Origin: an uncultured bacterium
GTDB taxonomy: Bacteria > Oederibacteriota > PGYV01 > CAWJRG01
Reading direction: 5' to 3'
DNA: 64,000 nucleotides
NCBI GenBank assembly: GCA_963845185.1
Contig: CAWJRG010000005.1
Location: 64,001-128,000 of the forward strand
Each line of letters opens with the position of its first letter. Positions within the stretch are counted from its first letter, which is position 1. Below are positions 21,594-31,337 of this stretch, one piece after another. The notes under the pieces were generated by a model, which ran no database searches, was not told where the DNA came from, and saw only the letters and a list, made by a program, of their open reading frames with translations. The position numbers and the translations under genes are program-made.

Positions 21594-22361
21594 TTATATT
21601 TCGAACAGCTTTTCAGCGTTCGCCGTGGTTATACGCTCCACTTCCTGCGGCATCATGTTTTTCAGGGCTGCTATTTCGGCCACTACATACTGCAGATAAG
21701 CCGGCTCGTTCCTTTTGCCCCTGAAATTCTGCGGCGCAAGATACGGCGCGTCAGTCTCCAGTACCACATGTTCCAAAGGAATTTTCTTTACAGCTTCCTT
21801 TACCACTCCGGCATTTTTAAAAGTAACAACCCCGCCTATGCCTATGGCAAAACCAAGGTCTATGAATTTTTTCGCAATATCGTATTCCACTCCGAAGCAG
21901 TGCAGCACGCCTTTTTTCTCCACGCCATGCCGCTTGAGTATGGCATAAACATCATCATAAGCCTCCCTGCTGTGTATTGCAACAGGAAGGCCCGTCTCTT
22001 TTGCGAGCAAAAGCATGCGCTCAAAAACTCCTGCCTGAATATCCTTCGGTGATTCGTTTTTGTAATAGTCAAGCCCTATTTCGCCGATTGCCTTTATATT
22101 CCTGCATCTATTCACAATATCTTTTATTTCATTATAAACATCGTCGTTGAAAGCCGTAGCGCAATGCGGATGAAATCCTACCGAAATGTAAATCCCGTCA
22201 GTACAGGCTTCCGCAAACTCCGCGATTTTCCTGTCCTCTTCAATGTCCGCACCGACGTTTATCAGTTTATGCACTCCGGCGTTTTTCGCGCGTTTGAGTA
22301 TTTGGCCCCTGTCCGGATCGTATACGGGGTCGCATAAATGAATATGCGTGTCTATTATCAT
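21594..22361 (-). CDS. tatD: TatD-family deoxyribonuclease
   Basis: IDTHIH, GFHP, IGEIGLDY, IHSR, LETDAPY. Confidence 0.93.
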   Translation of the reverse strand: MIIDTHIHLCDPVYDPDRGQILKRAKNAGVHKLINVGADIEEDRKIAEFAEACTDGIYISVGFHPHCATAFNDDVYNEIKDIVNRCRNIKAIGEIGLDYYKNESPKDIQAGVFERMLLLAKETGLPVAIHSREAYDDVYAILKRHGVEKKGVLHCFGVEYDIAKKFIDLGFAIGIGGVVTFKNAGVVKEAVKKIPLEHVVLETDAPYLAPQNFRGKRNEPAYLQYVVAEIAALKNMMPQEVERITTANAEKLFEI

Positions 22362-23932
22362 TTGCTTTTCACTTCCTGGTCCTGTATGCGCGGGAAAAGA
22401 GGCGAGCCCTTTTCCACTTTCATGCCGGCTGTAATTTTCCCGAATTCCATTTCTTTATCCAGGTTAATCCGCTGCATGTCCAGGTTCATTTTTAAGTTCT
22501 GTTTCATTATTGCCTGCGCCACCCTGGGCATTACCGGCGCTATGGCCAGGGTAACCAGCCTTATGCTTTCGCAAAGCAAATACATGACGCTGCCCAGCTC
22601 TTTTATCTTGCCCTGCTTTTGCAGGTTCCACGGCGCCTCGTCCTCAATTAATTTATTGGCTGCCCTTACAAGCTCCCACGCGAGCTCCATGGCGCCCGAC
22701 AAATCAAACGCTTCCATTTTCTCCGCGTACTTTTTAAACAGGTCCTGCGACATTTCCATAATCTTGTTCATTTTGCCGTCAAGGCCCGGCATATCGAGCG
22801 CAGGCACCGTGCCCGCGAAATATTTTTCCACCATATTAAGCGACCTGTTTATCAGGTTGCCAAAATCATTTGCCAGGTCGTTGTTATACCTTGTTTTGAC
22901 TGCTTCTTCCGTACATTCGCCGTCCTGCCCGTTTGTGATATGCGCCGCGAAAAAATACCTTATCGGGTCAGTGCCGAAAGCAGTGCCCGCAAAAAGCGGG
23001 TTTGCCGCGAGCTCGACAGGGTCCACAACGTTCCCGCGTGTCTTTGACATTTTCTCCCCGCCGCTTAAAAGGAAACCATGTCCGAATACTTTTTTAGGCA
23101 GGGGCAGTCCGGCGGACATGAGCATTATGGGCCAGATTATACAATGGAACTTTATTATATCCTTGCCTATTATGTGCGCGTCAGCCGGCCAGTATTTGGC
23201 GAACTTTTTGTCATCAGCCGGGAACCCGGAAACCGTTATGTAGTTTATAAGTGCGTCAAACCATACGTAAACCTTATGTTCAATATCAAAGGAAAGCGGT
23301 ATTCCCCACTTCTGGCCGTGCCTTGACACGCTGATATCTTTCAGGCCTTCCTTTATCATATTTACTGTCTCGTTGCGCCTTGTTTCAGGCTCTATAAATC
23401 CCGGGTTGTCCCGTATGTGCTTTAACAGCCTGTCCTGGTATTTTGTGAGCTTGAGGAAATAATTCTCCTCTTTCAGCACGTCAGGCTTTGTCTTATGAAC
23501 CGGGCACTCGCCTTCCACCAAATCGGATTCCATGTAAAAGGCCTCGCATGAGCGGCAGTACCAGCCCTCGTAGTTGCCTTTGTAAATATCACCCGTGTCA
23601 AAGCATCTTTTAAAAAGCTCTGCCACTGCTTTTTTGTGCCTGTCTTCTGTCGTCTGTATGAAATCGTCGTAAGATATTTGGTACTGCGCGTAAACGTCCT
23701 TGAAAACCTTGGCCATTTCATCGCAGTAGGCCTTCGGGTCCTTTCCCTGCTCGACTGCCTTTGTGTAAACGTTTATACTGTGCTCGTCCGTGCCCGCGGA
23801 GAAAAGCACGTCAAAACCGCGCATCCTTTTATAGCGCGCTATTATATCCGCCGTTACCTTCTCGTACGCGTGCCCAATGTGAGGCTTCGAGTTGACGTAA
23901 TCTATGGCTGTTGTTATGAAAAATTTTTTCAA
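22358..23932 (-). CDS. metG: Methionyl-tRNA synthetase (short form, no C-terminal tRNA-binding domain)
   Basis: HIGH and KMSKT motifs, GTDEH, YVWFDAL; probable TTG start at 23932 after GAAGGA. Confidence 0.96.
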   Translation of the reverse strand: MKKFFITTAIDYVNSKPHIGHAYEKVTADIIARYKRMRGFDVLFSAGTDEHSINVYTKAVEQGKDPKAYCDEMAKVFKDVYAQYQISYDDFIQTTEDRHKKAVAELFKRCFDTGDIYKGNYEGWYCRSCEAFYMESDLVEGECPVHKTKPDVLKEENYFLKLTKYQDRLLKHIRDNPGFIEPETRRNETVNMIKEGLKDISVSRHGQKWGIPLSFDIEHKVYVWFDALINYITVSGFPADDKKFAKYWPADAHIIGKDIIKFHCIIWPIMLMSAGLPLPKKVFGHGFLLSGGEKMSKTRGNVVDPVELAANPLFAGTAFGTDPIRYFFAAHITNGQDGECTEEAVKTRYNNDLANDFGNLINRSLNMVEKYFAGTVPALDMPGLDGKMNKIMEMSQDLFKKYAEKMEAFDLSGAMELAWELVRAANKLIEDEAPWNLQKQGKIKELGSVMYLLCESIRLVTLAIAPVMPRVAQAIMKQNLKMNLDMQRINLDKEMEFGKITAGMKVEKGSPLFPRIQDQEVKSK

Positions 23933-23939
23933 TGTTTTT

Positions 23940-24043
23940 CCTTCAAGCATGAGTATTTTTTGCAAGCCTTATGGGCGCAGCAAAATATTACTCTTGCTTG
24001 CACCCGTTCCTATCCAAGGCTGCAAGGCCGAAGACAAGTGGTG
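23940..24043 (-). ncRNA. Candidate structured cis-regulatory leader RNA or repeat, copy B
   Basis: Homologous to 6604-6712; several substitutions preserve pairing as G-U on the minus strand only. Confidence 0.55.
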
Positions 24044-24130
24044 AAACCGCGCATTTTTAAATACCCCGTTACAAATAATATAAGTTGAAAATATGACCCC
24101 TGCATTTTGCTTGCTGAATTTTGGATTTCC

Positions 24131-24892
24131 TCAGCCTTCGTCCGTCCAGCTCACATCAATCTCAGTATCAATAGGCGTCTCAGCAACGGGTTCATCCAGT
24201 ATGTTCTCAATGCCTGTTTCTTCCTCGGCAGGTATCGGCAGTATTGGCTTCACCGCCTGCTCGTATTTTTCGTAAGCAAGGCAGCAGAGCAGCCTTCCGC
24301 ACACCCCTGAAATCTTCGAGGGATTCAGGGGCAGTCCCTGCATCTTGGCCATTCTTATGGTTATGGGCGTGAAGGCTTTCAAAAACTTTTTGCAGCAGCA
24401 TATTCTGCCGCATATTCCCAGGCCACCGATTTTTTTGGCGTATTCTCGCCTGCTTATTTGCCTGAGCTCTATTTTAATTCTGAAAGTCTTGACCAGGTCC
24501 TTTAAGAGTTCCCTGAAGTCCACCCTGTTTTCCGCCACAAAGTAAAAAATAACTTTCCTTAAGTCGTCCGTGTATTTGACATCGACAAGCCTCATTTGCA
24601 GTTTTCTTTCATCTATCCTTTTCGCGCAGAACTCCCACGCGCGCCTTTCCATCTTGAATTTTTTTTGCGCGAATACTTCTTTGCGGTCTGTCAGGTACCT
24701 TAATACCATGCGCAAAGGCGCGTAAACCTTGTCCGGCTCAAGGAAAAAGTTTGGCAAAACAACCTCGGCTTCCTCGGAGCCCGTGATGGTCTCAATAACG
24801 CACTTTTCGCCCTTTTCGAACTGCATCTTCTGCGGGTTATAATAAAGTATCTTGTCATCGTCTTTTAGCTTTATTCCGACTACCTCAATCAT
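24131..24892 (-). CDS. PSP1-domain protein (YaaT/RicT-like)
   Basis: RVDFRELLKDL, RIKIELRQI, GICGRICCC, KISGVCGRLLCCLAYE; tmk-holB-yaaT-metG synteny. Confidence 0.9.
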   Translation of the reverse strand: MIEVVGIKLKDDDKILYYNPQKMQFEKGEKCVIETITGSEEAEVVLPNFFLEPDKVYAPLRMVLRYLTDRKEVFAQKKFKMERRAWEFCAKRIDERKLQMRLVDVKYTDDLRKVIFYFVAENRVDFRELLKDLVKTFRIKIELRQISRREYAKKIGGLGICGRICCCKKFLKAFTPITIRMAKMQGLPLNPSKISGVCGRLLCCLAYEKYEQAVKPILPIPAEEETGIENILDEPVAETPIDTEIDVSWTDEG

Positions 24893-24895
24893 TCC

Positions 24896-25942
24896 TTAAC
24901 CTTCTTTCCTTATGTTAAAAAATAAGTTTGTAAAAAGCAGGCTTATATTGGCGTTCTGCATCAAATCCCTCTGCGCCGATTCAATAAGGCTGATTATATT
25001 CGCCAGGCTTCTTATGCTGTAGACCCTTATTTCGCTTTTAATCAAGCCGTATTTCCTCGATAAAAGCTCTTTTATGCCCAATTTTTCGAGAATTAAATCT
25101 TTATAAATATATGACAGTATCTTCAAAATATCAAGCAAAAACATCCTGCCTCCGCCTGTTTTCGAGGCCTTTTTGCCTGCCTCTATATACTGCAAAGATT
25201 CAAATATGGTACCGATATCGGTTTTTGGCGAGGATATCTTCCTGAAAATGTCGGTCGTATATTTTATTTCTTCCTTTATCTCCTCGTAGTGCAGGGCAGC
25301 GCCTATTTTTCCTTCGGCAAATTCTGCAGCCTCCAGTATCTTTTCCTCGTCCCAGTCAGGCATAAGCGCCCTTAATTTGCTTTCTATTTCCTTTTTTCCC
25401 GTTCTTTTCAGCTCGATTTTATAGCACCTGGAAATAATGGTGGGCAGAATTTTTTCTATATTGTTTACCAGGAGTATGATAATCACGTTATCGTGCGGTT
25501 CCTCAAGTTCCTTTAAAATCGAATTTGCGGCTTCCTTGTTCATCTTCTCCGCATCGTTGATAATAACTGTTTTTTTCTTCAGCTCAATCCTGCCGTATGA
25601 ATTCATTTCATTAAGCTTGTCCCTTACGAGCTCTATCGAAAGCTGCGCTTTCTCCGTATTTACATAAAGGATATCCGGATGAGGATTTTTCTGCATGCCA
25701 TCCTCGTCAAGGTCCGCAAAAACCTTGTTAAGCAGTGTGCAGTTCCTGCACGCGTCGCAAGAGTCGTGATTTGTGCCGGGGTTAATGCAGTTGATCGCTT
25801 TGGCAAACTGCAGAGCCGCGAAACTTTTGCCTATTTCTTCCTCGCCCGTGAATATATACGCGCGTCCCTGTTTTTCCTGCATGGCTATTGAAAGCAGAAT
25901 GTCTTTTGACAGCGGGTTTCCTGCTATGTCTTTTATTGCCAT
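24896..25942 (-). CDS. holB: DNA polymerase III delta' subunit
   Basis: Walker A-like GEEEIGKS, Cys zinc cluster, HPD, AANSILKELEEP, TIISRC. Confidence 0.88.
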   Translation of the reverse strand: MAIKDIAGNPLSKDILLSIAMQEKQGRAYIFTGEEEIGKSFAALQFAKAINCINPGTNHDSCDACRNCTLLNKVFADLDEDGMQKNPHPDILYVNTEKAQLSIELVRDKLNEMNSYGRIELKKKTVIINDAEKMNKEAANSILKELEEPHDNVIIILLVNNIEKILPTIISRCYKIELKRTGKKEIESKLRALMPDWDEEKILEAAEFAEGKIGAALHYEEIKEEIKYTTDIFRKISSPKTDIGTIFESLQYIEAGKKASKTGGGRMFLLDILKILSYIYKDLILEKLGIKELLSRKYGLIKSEIRVYSIRSLANIISLIESAQRDLMQNANISLLFTNLFFNIRKEG

Positions 25943-26565
25943 CAAATTATCCTTTTTTTCCCGAGGCACAAAAGCGTTTCGTTGAAAATTTGTTCGAAAT
26001 TTTTATTATCGGTTTTTATGATTGTGCAATTACGCATTTTTTTTGCTTCATTTAAATAAGCGAGCCGCACCATGGCGTGAAATACTTTTTTCTCAAGGTC
26101 AAGCCTGTTTTTTTTGCCTCTTTTTGCCATGCGCTTTTCCGCCTCGTTTAAAGAGACATCATAGACTATTGTCAAATCGGGCCTGATCCCGTCAAGCACA
26201 AATTTATTCAGGCCATGTATTATTTTTTTGTCTATATTTCGCGCATACCCCTGGTAAACCAGAGTCGATAAAGTAAATCTGTCAAGAAGCACAATGAAAC
26301 CTGATTTGAGAAAGCCTTTGATTTTTTCCTCTATTATCTGCGCCCTGCTTGCTATATAAAGCAAAAACTCAGTTTTGAACGAGATGTTTTTGTGTTTTGG
26401 GTCAAGGATTATGGCCCTTATTTTCTCGGAAATGACAGTTCCGCCCGGCTCGCGTAAAAGAGTGGTTTTTTTGTGTTTTGCCCTTATATATTTGAATATT
26501 TTTAGAGCCTGAGTGCTCTTTCCAGAGGCCTCCGGCCCCTCAAAAATGATTAGTTTGCCTTTCAT
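25942..26565 (-). CDS. tmk: Thymidylate kinase
   Basis: FEGPEASGKSTQ, REPGGT, LDRF, YQGYAR. Confidence 0.96.
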   Translation of the reverse strand: MKGKLIIFEGPEASGKSTQALKIFKYIRAKHKKTTLLREPGGTVISEKIRAIILDPKHKNISFKTEFLLYIASRAQIIEEKIKGFLKSGFIVLLDRFTLSTLVYQGYARNIDKKIIHGLNKFVLDGIRPDLTIVYDVSLNEAEKRMAKRGKKNRLDLEKKVFHAMVRLAYLNEAKKMRNCTIIKTDNKNFEQIFNETLLCLGKKRII

Positions 26566-26778
26566 AATATGCTCCCTTGCAACGATTCCAATCCTAAATC
26601 AGCAGAGTGGAAAAAAAATGTTGCCATTTTGTGAAATCTCAGTTTCGCTATTATACACAGCATTGAATATATTTTCAATATTTTTAATTAGCCTTGGAAA
26701 CATGATAAAATTTGATATTTTTTACAAAGATTTTTCAAAGGTTTGAATTTCAGAGTGTTTGCTTATCTCTGTTGTTTA

Positions 26779-29700
26779 TTAATCCGTTTCAGCCCTTATT
26801 AACGCAGATATCTTTACTATTTTCCTTGTTTTGTTGCCTATATTATCCACGCCTTCAACCACGCATATATATGTCCCGCTCGATACTTTCTCTCCGCCTA
26901 CGCCTTTTAAATCCCAGTTTATACTGGCTGCTCCAAGGTCACCGGCAAGTGTCCTTACAAGCTCACCTGCTATATTGTATATTTTTATTTTTATTGTACC
27001 GCCCGCGCTTGGCTGCCATGTAAATATTAAAGGGGTTGTAGTGTCTCCAGAGTATGGATTCGGCAATGACTTTACAGTGCCAAGCACATCGGTATTTCCT
27101 TCGTTAAGTATGGTAATTGACTTACTCGTAATTACAGTGCTGCCCTGGCCTGTTTTTACCACAAGCTGCACTTCATATACCCCGTTCTGCACATAATTCC
27201 CCTGTGAATTTTTTCCGTCCCATGATAACGGGGCGGCTGTGGAAGTGTAACTAATTGTTATCGGCGGCGCTCCCTTTCCTACTGGCAATACATAATTCTT
27301 ATTGCCGTTGGTGTTGCTTACGTCCAGCGATACCTGACCGTTGCCGTTATACGGCGCTGTTATCGTCTGCACAAGCTCCCCTGCGCTGTTGAAAATATTT
27401 ACCTGCACATAATGGTTTGTTCCAATTGCTGTTATCTGTTTTGTTATTACATTCGTATGCCCGTAAGGGTCGGTTGTAGTTTCTTTTATGTAATAAACCC
27501 CGTTTACTACGTTCTGGCCTGCGCTGTTTGTCCCGTCCCATGTAAAGTCAGAGTATGTACCTTTCTGCTGGTCAGGCGTTTGTATGCCTGGAATTCTTAT
27601 TGTAACCGCCGTGCCTGAGCCAGGCGAAACTACGCCTGTCTGGTTTCCGTTCAGCAGCAGTTCCACCTGCTGCGCTTCACCTGATGCCGTTGTATTTGTT
27701 ATTGTTTTCACCAGTTCCCCTGCCTCGTTATACACGCTTATATTAATAACATACTGGAATGGTTGCGGCGTAATCGTTATAGTCAACGTTTGCGTTATAG
27801 TGGCTGTTGCAGTGTCAGTAAGTGTCTGTGTGCTCGTCGATGTATATGTGTAAGTGCTTGTCTGCGTAAGTGTTCCCGTGTAGGTAACGCTGGCAGTGTC
27901 AGTAAGCGTCTGCGTGCTCGTCGATGTGTAAGTAGAGGTGCTAGTAGGCGTAAATGTTATTGTATATGTATATGTGCATGTCGGCGTATCGCTTGACGTA
28001 GGTGTAAACGAAGGTGTGTTTAAAGATGTATTTGTATATGTGCATGTTTCTGTTTGTGTATCAGTAACAGTATTTGTGGATGTGGCAGTGCTTGTATCGG
28101 TATACGTGCTTGTGGCTGTATATGTAAAAGTCTCGGTAAGCGTTATTGTATATGTGGGTGTGAATGTCGCCGACAGAATTATAATAGTATATGTCATTGT
28201 TATCGTATATGTCGGCGTATGCGTGCTTGTGGGCGTAGGCGTTTCCGTACTTGTGTATGTTACTGTTTCCGTATATGTGTCTGTGGGCGATGTCGTGTTT
28301 GTGTATGTCGGCGTATTTGTATTCGTGTCTGTCTGCGTGTAAGTTGGCGTTATTGTTTTTGTTATGGTGTAAGTAGGCGTAAACGTAGCTGACAGTATTA
28401 CCACGGTAAAAGACGTTGTTATAGTGTATGTCGGCGTATGTGTATTTGTAGGTGTAGGCGTTTGCGTGCTTGTGTATGTTACTGTATCCGTGTATGTGTC
28501 TGTAGGAGACATCGTGTTTGTGTATGTCGGAGTATTTGTCCGCGTTGACGTTTGCGTGTATGTCGGCGTTATTGTTAATGTTTCTGTCCGCGTTGACGTG
28601 GACGTGGCTGTATATGTAAATGTATACGTAACTGTCTGTGTATATGTTGGTGTCGGCGATGCCGTGTTTGTGTATGTCATCGTTGCTGTCGGCGTAGGCG
28701 TCTGTGTGTAAGTCGGCGTATATGTTTTGGTGAATGTTATTGACACTGTGTTTGTCACGCTAAAAGTAACTGTCCGTGTCGCTGTCACAGTATCTGTATA
28801 AGTGTAAGTATAGGTTACTGTATTTGTATTAGTGTATGTCACTGTCGATGTTCTTGTAAACGTAACAGTCGGGGTGTTCGTCAGCGTATATGTTCGTGTG
28901 TAAGTGAATGTTGGCGAATTTGAATTTGGCGTCGGCGTTGGTGTCCTTGTCGGCGTTATGGTGAATGTTGGCGACATGCATACAATATTAAATACTACCG
29001 GGTTTGAAAATTCCGATACTATATTTGTCGCTCCTATGCCTCCGACATTTGTAAAGCTCTGGGCGCATGCATTCGTTGATGCCCACCACGTATATGAACC
29101 GCTCTGGTCGCTTATGTTACCCATGTTCCAGCTAACCATCGGATTTGTTGTCGCTGCGCCTGGGTTTGACCCTGCGTATGTCAGTCCTGTCGGTATCGTG
29201 TCGTATAATGTCGCGTTTGCCGCCACCCTCGGCACAAGTATTGCAAAGTTATTATATGCATCCTGTACTGTTCCGTTGCCGTCACCTGACTGGTTCCCAA
29301 CACCAGGCCTCCAGTCAGTATATGTTGCGCCTGCGCCGCAGTTAAAACCTGTAGTTGCCGCGCCCGTATCTGTAAATGATACCTGGTACCCAGTCGGCTC
29401 TGGCTGCCCAACCTGCCATACTTTCGCATTGAATATATAATCATTTCCGTTTTGCGTCATATATGTCTTTGTCCTGTACCATGTATTGCCGACTATTGTT
29501 ATCGCGCTTGAAGCACCATTATATGTACAGCTTGACCCCGCACATTTCTGTATGGCCATGTATGCGCCTGCTGGTGCAGTATCAATTGATAAAAGCAGGC
29601 TGTATGCTTCGGCATTTCCGCCTGCTTGTCCATTGCTCCTTAAAATCACCAGTCCGTCTGCTCCGGGATATGTGCCAGGGTTTATATAAACATCTGCTTC

Positions 29701-31026
29701 AACTATCCCTGTGCATATCTGCACATTCGAAGGCGTCGGGTCGTCAAGAAGCATGGCCGGATATGACGATGACTGGCCGGCTCCTGTCAGTATCCTGTCT
29801 CCTGTGCTGCAAGGGTCGCTTATTGTCCATGTGCCGTAATCAGTGTTATACGGCAGCATTTTCCATCCTGCCGGCGGTTTATTGGTTATGCCGTATGTCC
29901 CCGTCGTTGTATCGTCAAACGCCCTTAATGCCTGAAGTTTGTCTCCGTTTACCTGGTAATCGAGATAGTATGTTATGGTCACGGTAGCATTCGTGGCTTT
30001 CATAAATGTGCTCACGCTCTCCAGTTTTTGCACTGATATTGCTGCCTGGCCCACTATCAGCGTGGCTGACGCGCTGTCATTGGTTGAACCGCTCGTCGCG
30101 TTTGCCGTGTTCGGCACTGACGTGCCTGATGCCATTGCTGTTGTCATCCTCATCAATATCCATACTGTGCCTGTTTTTGTGTATGTTGAATTCGGGAATG
30201 TCCATGTTACCGTGCCTGACGTGGCTCCCACACCAGGTGTTGTCACGCTTCCTGATGTTATTGAGCTCGGCCCGACCGACACCAGCGCGAGGCTTCCGCC
30301 TCCGGGCAGGCTGTCTGTTATTGTAAGCGGTCCGTTGCCGTAAGTGTAGTCTATGGAAAACAAAACAAGGTCCCCTACTGACTGCAGAACGCCCTCAACC
30401 CTTTTATCCAAAGTAACTGAATTGGCAGGCGGCGTTGGTAATGACCAGCTTAATACTGTTCCGGAGCCGCTTGAACTGCATGCGCCATTTGTTAAAGCAG
30501 CCCAGTTACTGCTACCAAAATATGAACTGTCTCCGCCTATTAACAAATTAAGAGTCGTCGCCCCGCACGCTGTCCCCATCTGCTGCGCGCTCGGCATTGT
30601 CAGGTTATACGACTCTGTGGCTAATCCAGCCTGGTTCCCCGAACCACCGCAGTCATTGCAATTTCCATAAGAGGGCGGCGCTGCTAAAACGTAGCCAAAA
30701 TCATTGCCTCCACTTGCGTTATTCGGGTTTGTGTCTGGGATATTAATGCCGTCTTTGCTTACCAAAAATATCTGTCCCCCTGTATTTGCCGGCTGGAAAG
30801 TGCTGCTCGTGCTCACTGCCACAAGCAGTTCATTGGTATTATACTCGTCCAGGCACATCTGCAAGGTTAAGATAAATTGCTGGCCCCAGCCCGGATTTGC
30901 AGGCGCTATGTTTACAGAAACTACTTGAGGAGTGCCAGCATAAATCAAGCTGCCTGATAATAAAAGCATGAATATAATTATTTCGATTAAAATATTTATC
31001 TTTTTTATGTTTTTTCTCATTTTCAT
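26779..31026 (-). CDS. Giant secreted surface protein: Cys-rich tip, DUF11-like Ig domains with an inserted lectin-like domain, (Thr-X)n stalk, three FlgD-like C-terminal domains
   Basis: Signal peptide; LDKRV..TDSLP..PNTA; about 400 aa of alternating Thr; three repeats of YNxAGELV..WDG..GxY; SLPNPY. Confidence 0.85.
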   Translation of the reverse strand: MKMRKNIKKINILIEIIIFMLLLSGSLIYAGTPQVVSVNIAPANPGWGQQFILTLQMCLDEYNTNELLVAVSTSSTFQPANTGGQIFLVSKDGINIPDTNPNNASGGNDFGYVLAAPPSYGNCNDCGGSGNQAGLATESYNLTMPSAQQMGTACGATTLNLLIGGDSSYFGSSNWAALTNGACSSSGSGTVLSWSLPTPPANSVTLDKRVEGVLQSVGDLVLFSIDYTYGNGPLTITDSLPGGGSLALVSVGPSSITSGSVTTPGVGATSGTVTWTFPNSTYTKTGTVWILMRMTTAMASGTSVPNTANATSGSTNDSASATLIVGQAAISVQKLESVSTFMKATNATVTITYYLDYQVNGDKLQALRAFDDTTTGTYGITNKPPAGWKMLPYNTDYGTWTISDPCSTGDRILTGAGQSSSYPAMLLDDPTPSNVQICTGIVEADVYINPGTYPGADGLVILRSNGQAGGNAEAYSLLLSIDTAPAGAYMAIQKCAGSSCTYNGASSAITIVGNTWYRTKTYMTQNGNDYIFNAKVWQVGQPEPTGYQVSFTDTGAATTGFNCGAGATYTDWRPGVGNQSGDGNGTVQDAYNNFAILVPRVAANATLYDTIPTGLTYAGSNPGAATTNPMVSWNMGNISDQSGSYTWWASTNACAQSFTNVGGIGATNIVSEFSNPVVFNIVCMSPTFTITPTRTPTPTPNSNSPTFTYTRTYTLTNTPTVTFTRTSTVTYTNTNTVTYTYTYTDTVTATRTVTFSVTNTVSITFTKTYTPTYTQTPTPTATMTYTNTASPTPTYTQTVTYTFTYTATSTSTRTETLTITPTYTQTSTRTNTPTYTNTMSPTDTYTDTVTYTSTQTPTPTNTHTPTYTITTSFTVVILSATFTPTYTITKTITPTYTQTDTNTNTPTYTNTTSPTDTYTETVTYTSTETPTPTSTHTPTYTITMTYTIIILSATFTPTYTITLTETFTYTATSTYTDTSTATSTNTVTDTQTETCTYTNTSLNTPSFTPTSSDTPTCTYTYTITFTPTSTSTYTSTSTQTLTDTASVTYTGTLTQTSTYTYTSTSTQTLTDTATATITQTLTITITPQPFQYVINISVYNEAGELVKTITNTTASGEAQQVELLLNGNQTGVVSPGSGTAVTIRIPGIQTPDQQKGTYSDFTWDGTNSAGQNVVNGVYYIKETTTDPYGHTNVITKQITAIGTNHYVQVNIFNSAGELVQTITAPYNGNGQVSLDVSNTNGNKNYVLPVGKGAPPITISYTSTAAPLSWDGKNSQGNYVQNGVYEVQLVVKTGQGSTVITSKSITILNEGNTDVLGTVKSLPNPYSGDTTTPLIFTWQPSAGGTIKIKIYNIAGELVRTLAGDLGAASINWDLKGVGGEKVSSGTYICVVEGVDNIGNKTRKIVKISALIRAETD

Positions 31027-31135
31027 TTTAGCTCACCGTTGTGCATTTTTCATATTTAAACCTTTAATTTCAATAAGTTTTTAGACAATAAAAAATGGGT
31101 TTAGTTTCGTTGTTTTTAATTAAATTTGACTGATA

Positions 31136-31164
31136 CTTATATCGCATTATGAAACTCTTGTCAA
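31136..31164 (-). promoter_or_regulatory. Probable sigma70 promoter of the first giant gene
   Basis: TTGACA-N17-TATAAG; spacer resembles that at 35653-35681. Confidence 0.55.
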
Positions 31165-31337
31165 GTGAAACTAAAGCAGCGAAATGCTGCAGCAGTAAAG
31201 TATATAAGGTTGATTTAATTCAAATTTAAACATATTTAGAGTTTTTTTGAAATAGATTGCTTTAAGTTTTGGATTATTTGAATTTATATTAAATTTTTGG
31301 AGTGGTTTGAATTACCGGATACGTTTTTTTCCTTTTA

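Noticed and set aside
22338..23243. Long plus-strand ORFs (e.g. 301 aa here, 204 aa at 14333, 208 aa at 15005)
   Set aside because: They lie antisense to well-supported genes and show no motifs
24036..24052. T-box-like GGTGAAACCGCG upstream of metG
   Set aside because: It is on the strand opposite metG, with no specifier stem or terminator
27760..28980. GT/TA-rich quasi-repeats and Val/Cys-rich plus-strand ORFs (also 32300-33500), considered as CRISPR, microsatellite or real genes
   Set aside because: They are the antisense shadow of (Thr-X)n ACN codons; there is no constant repeat with unique spacers and no cas genes
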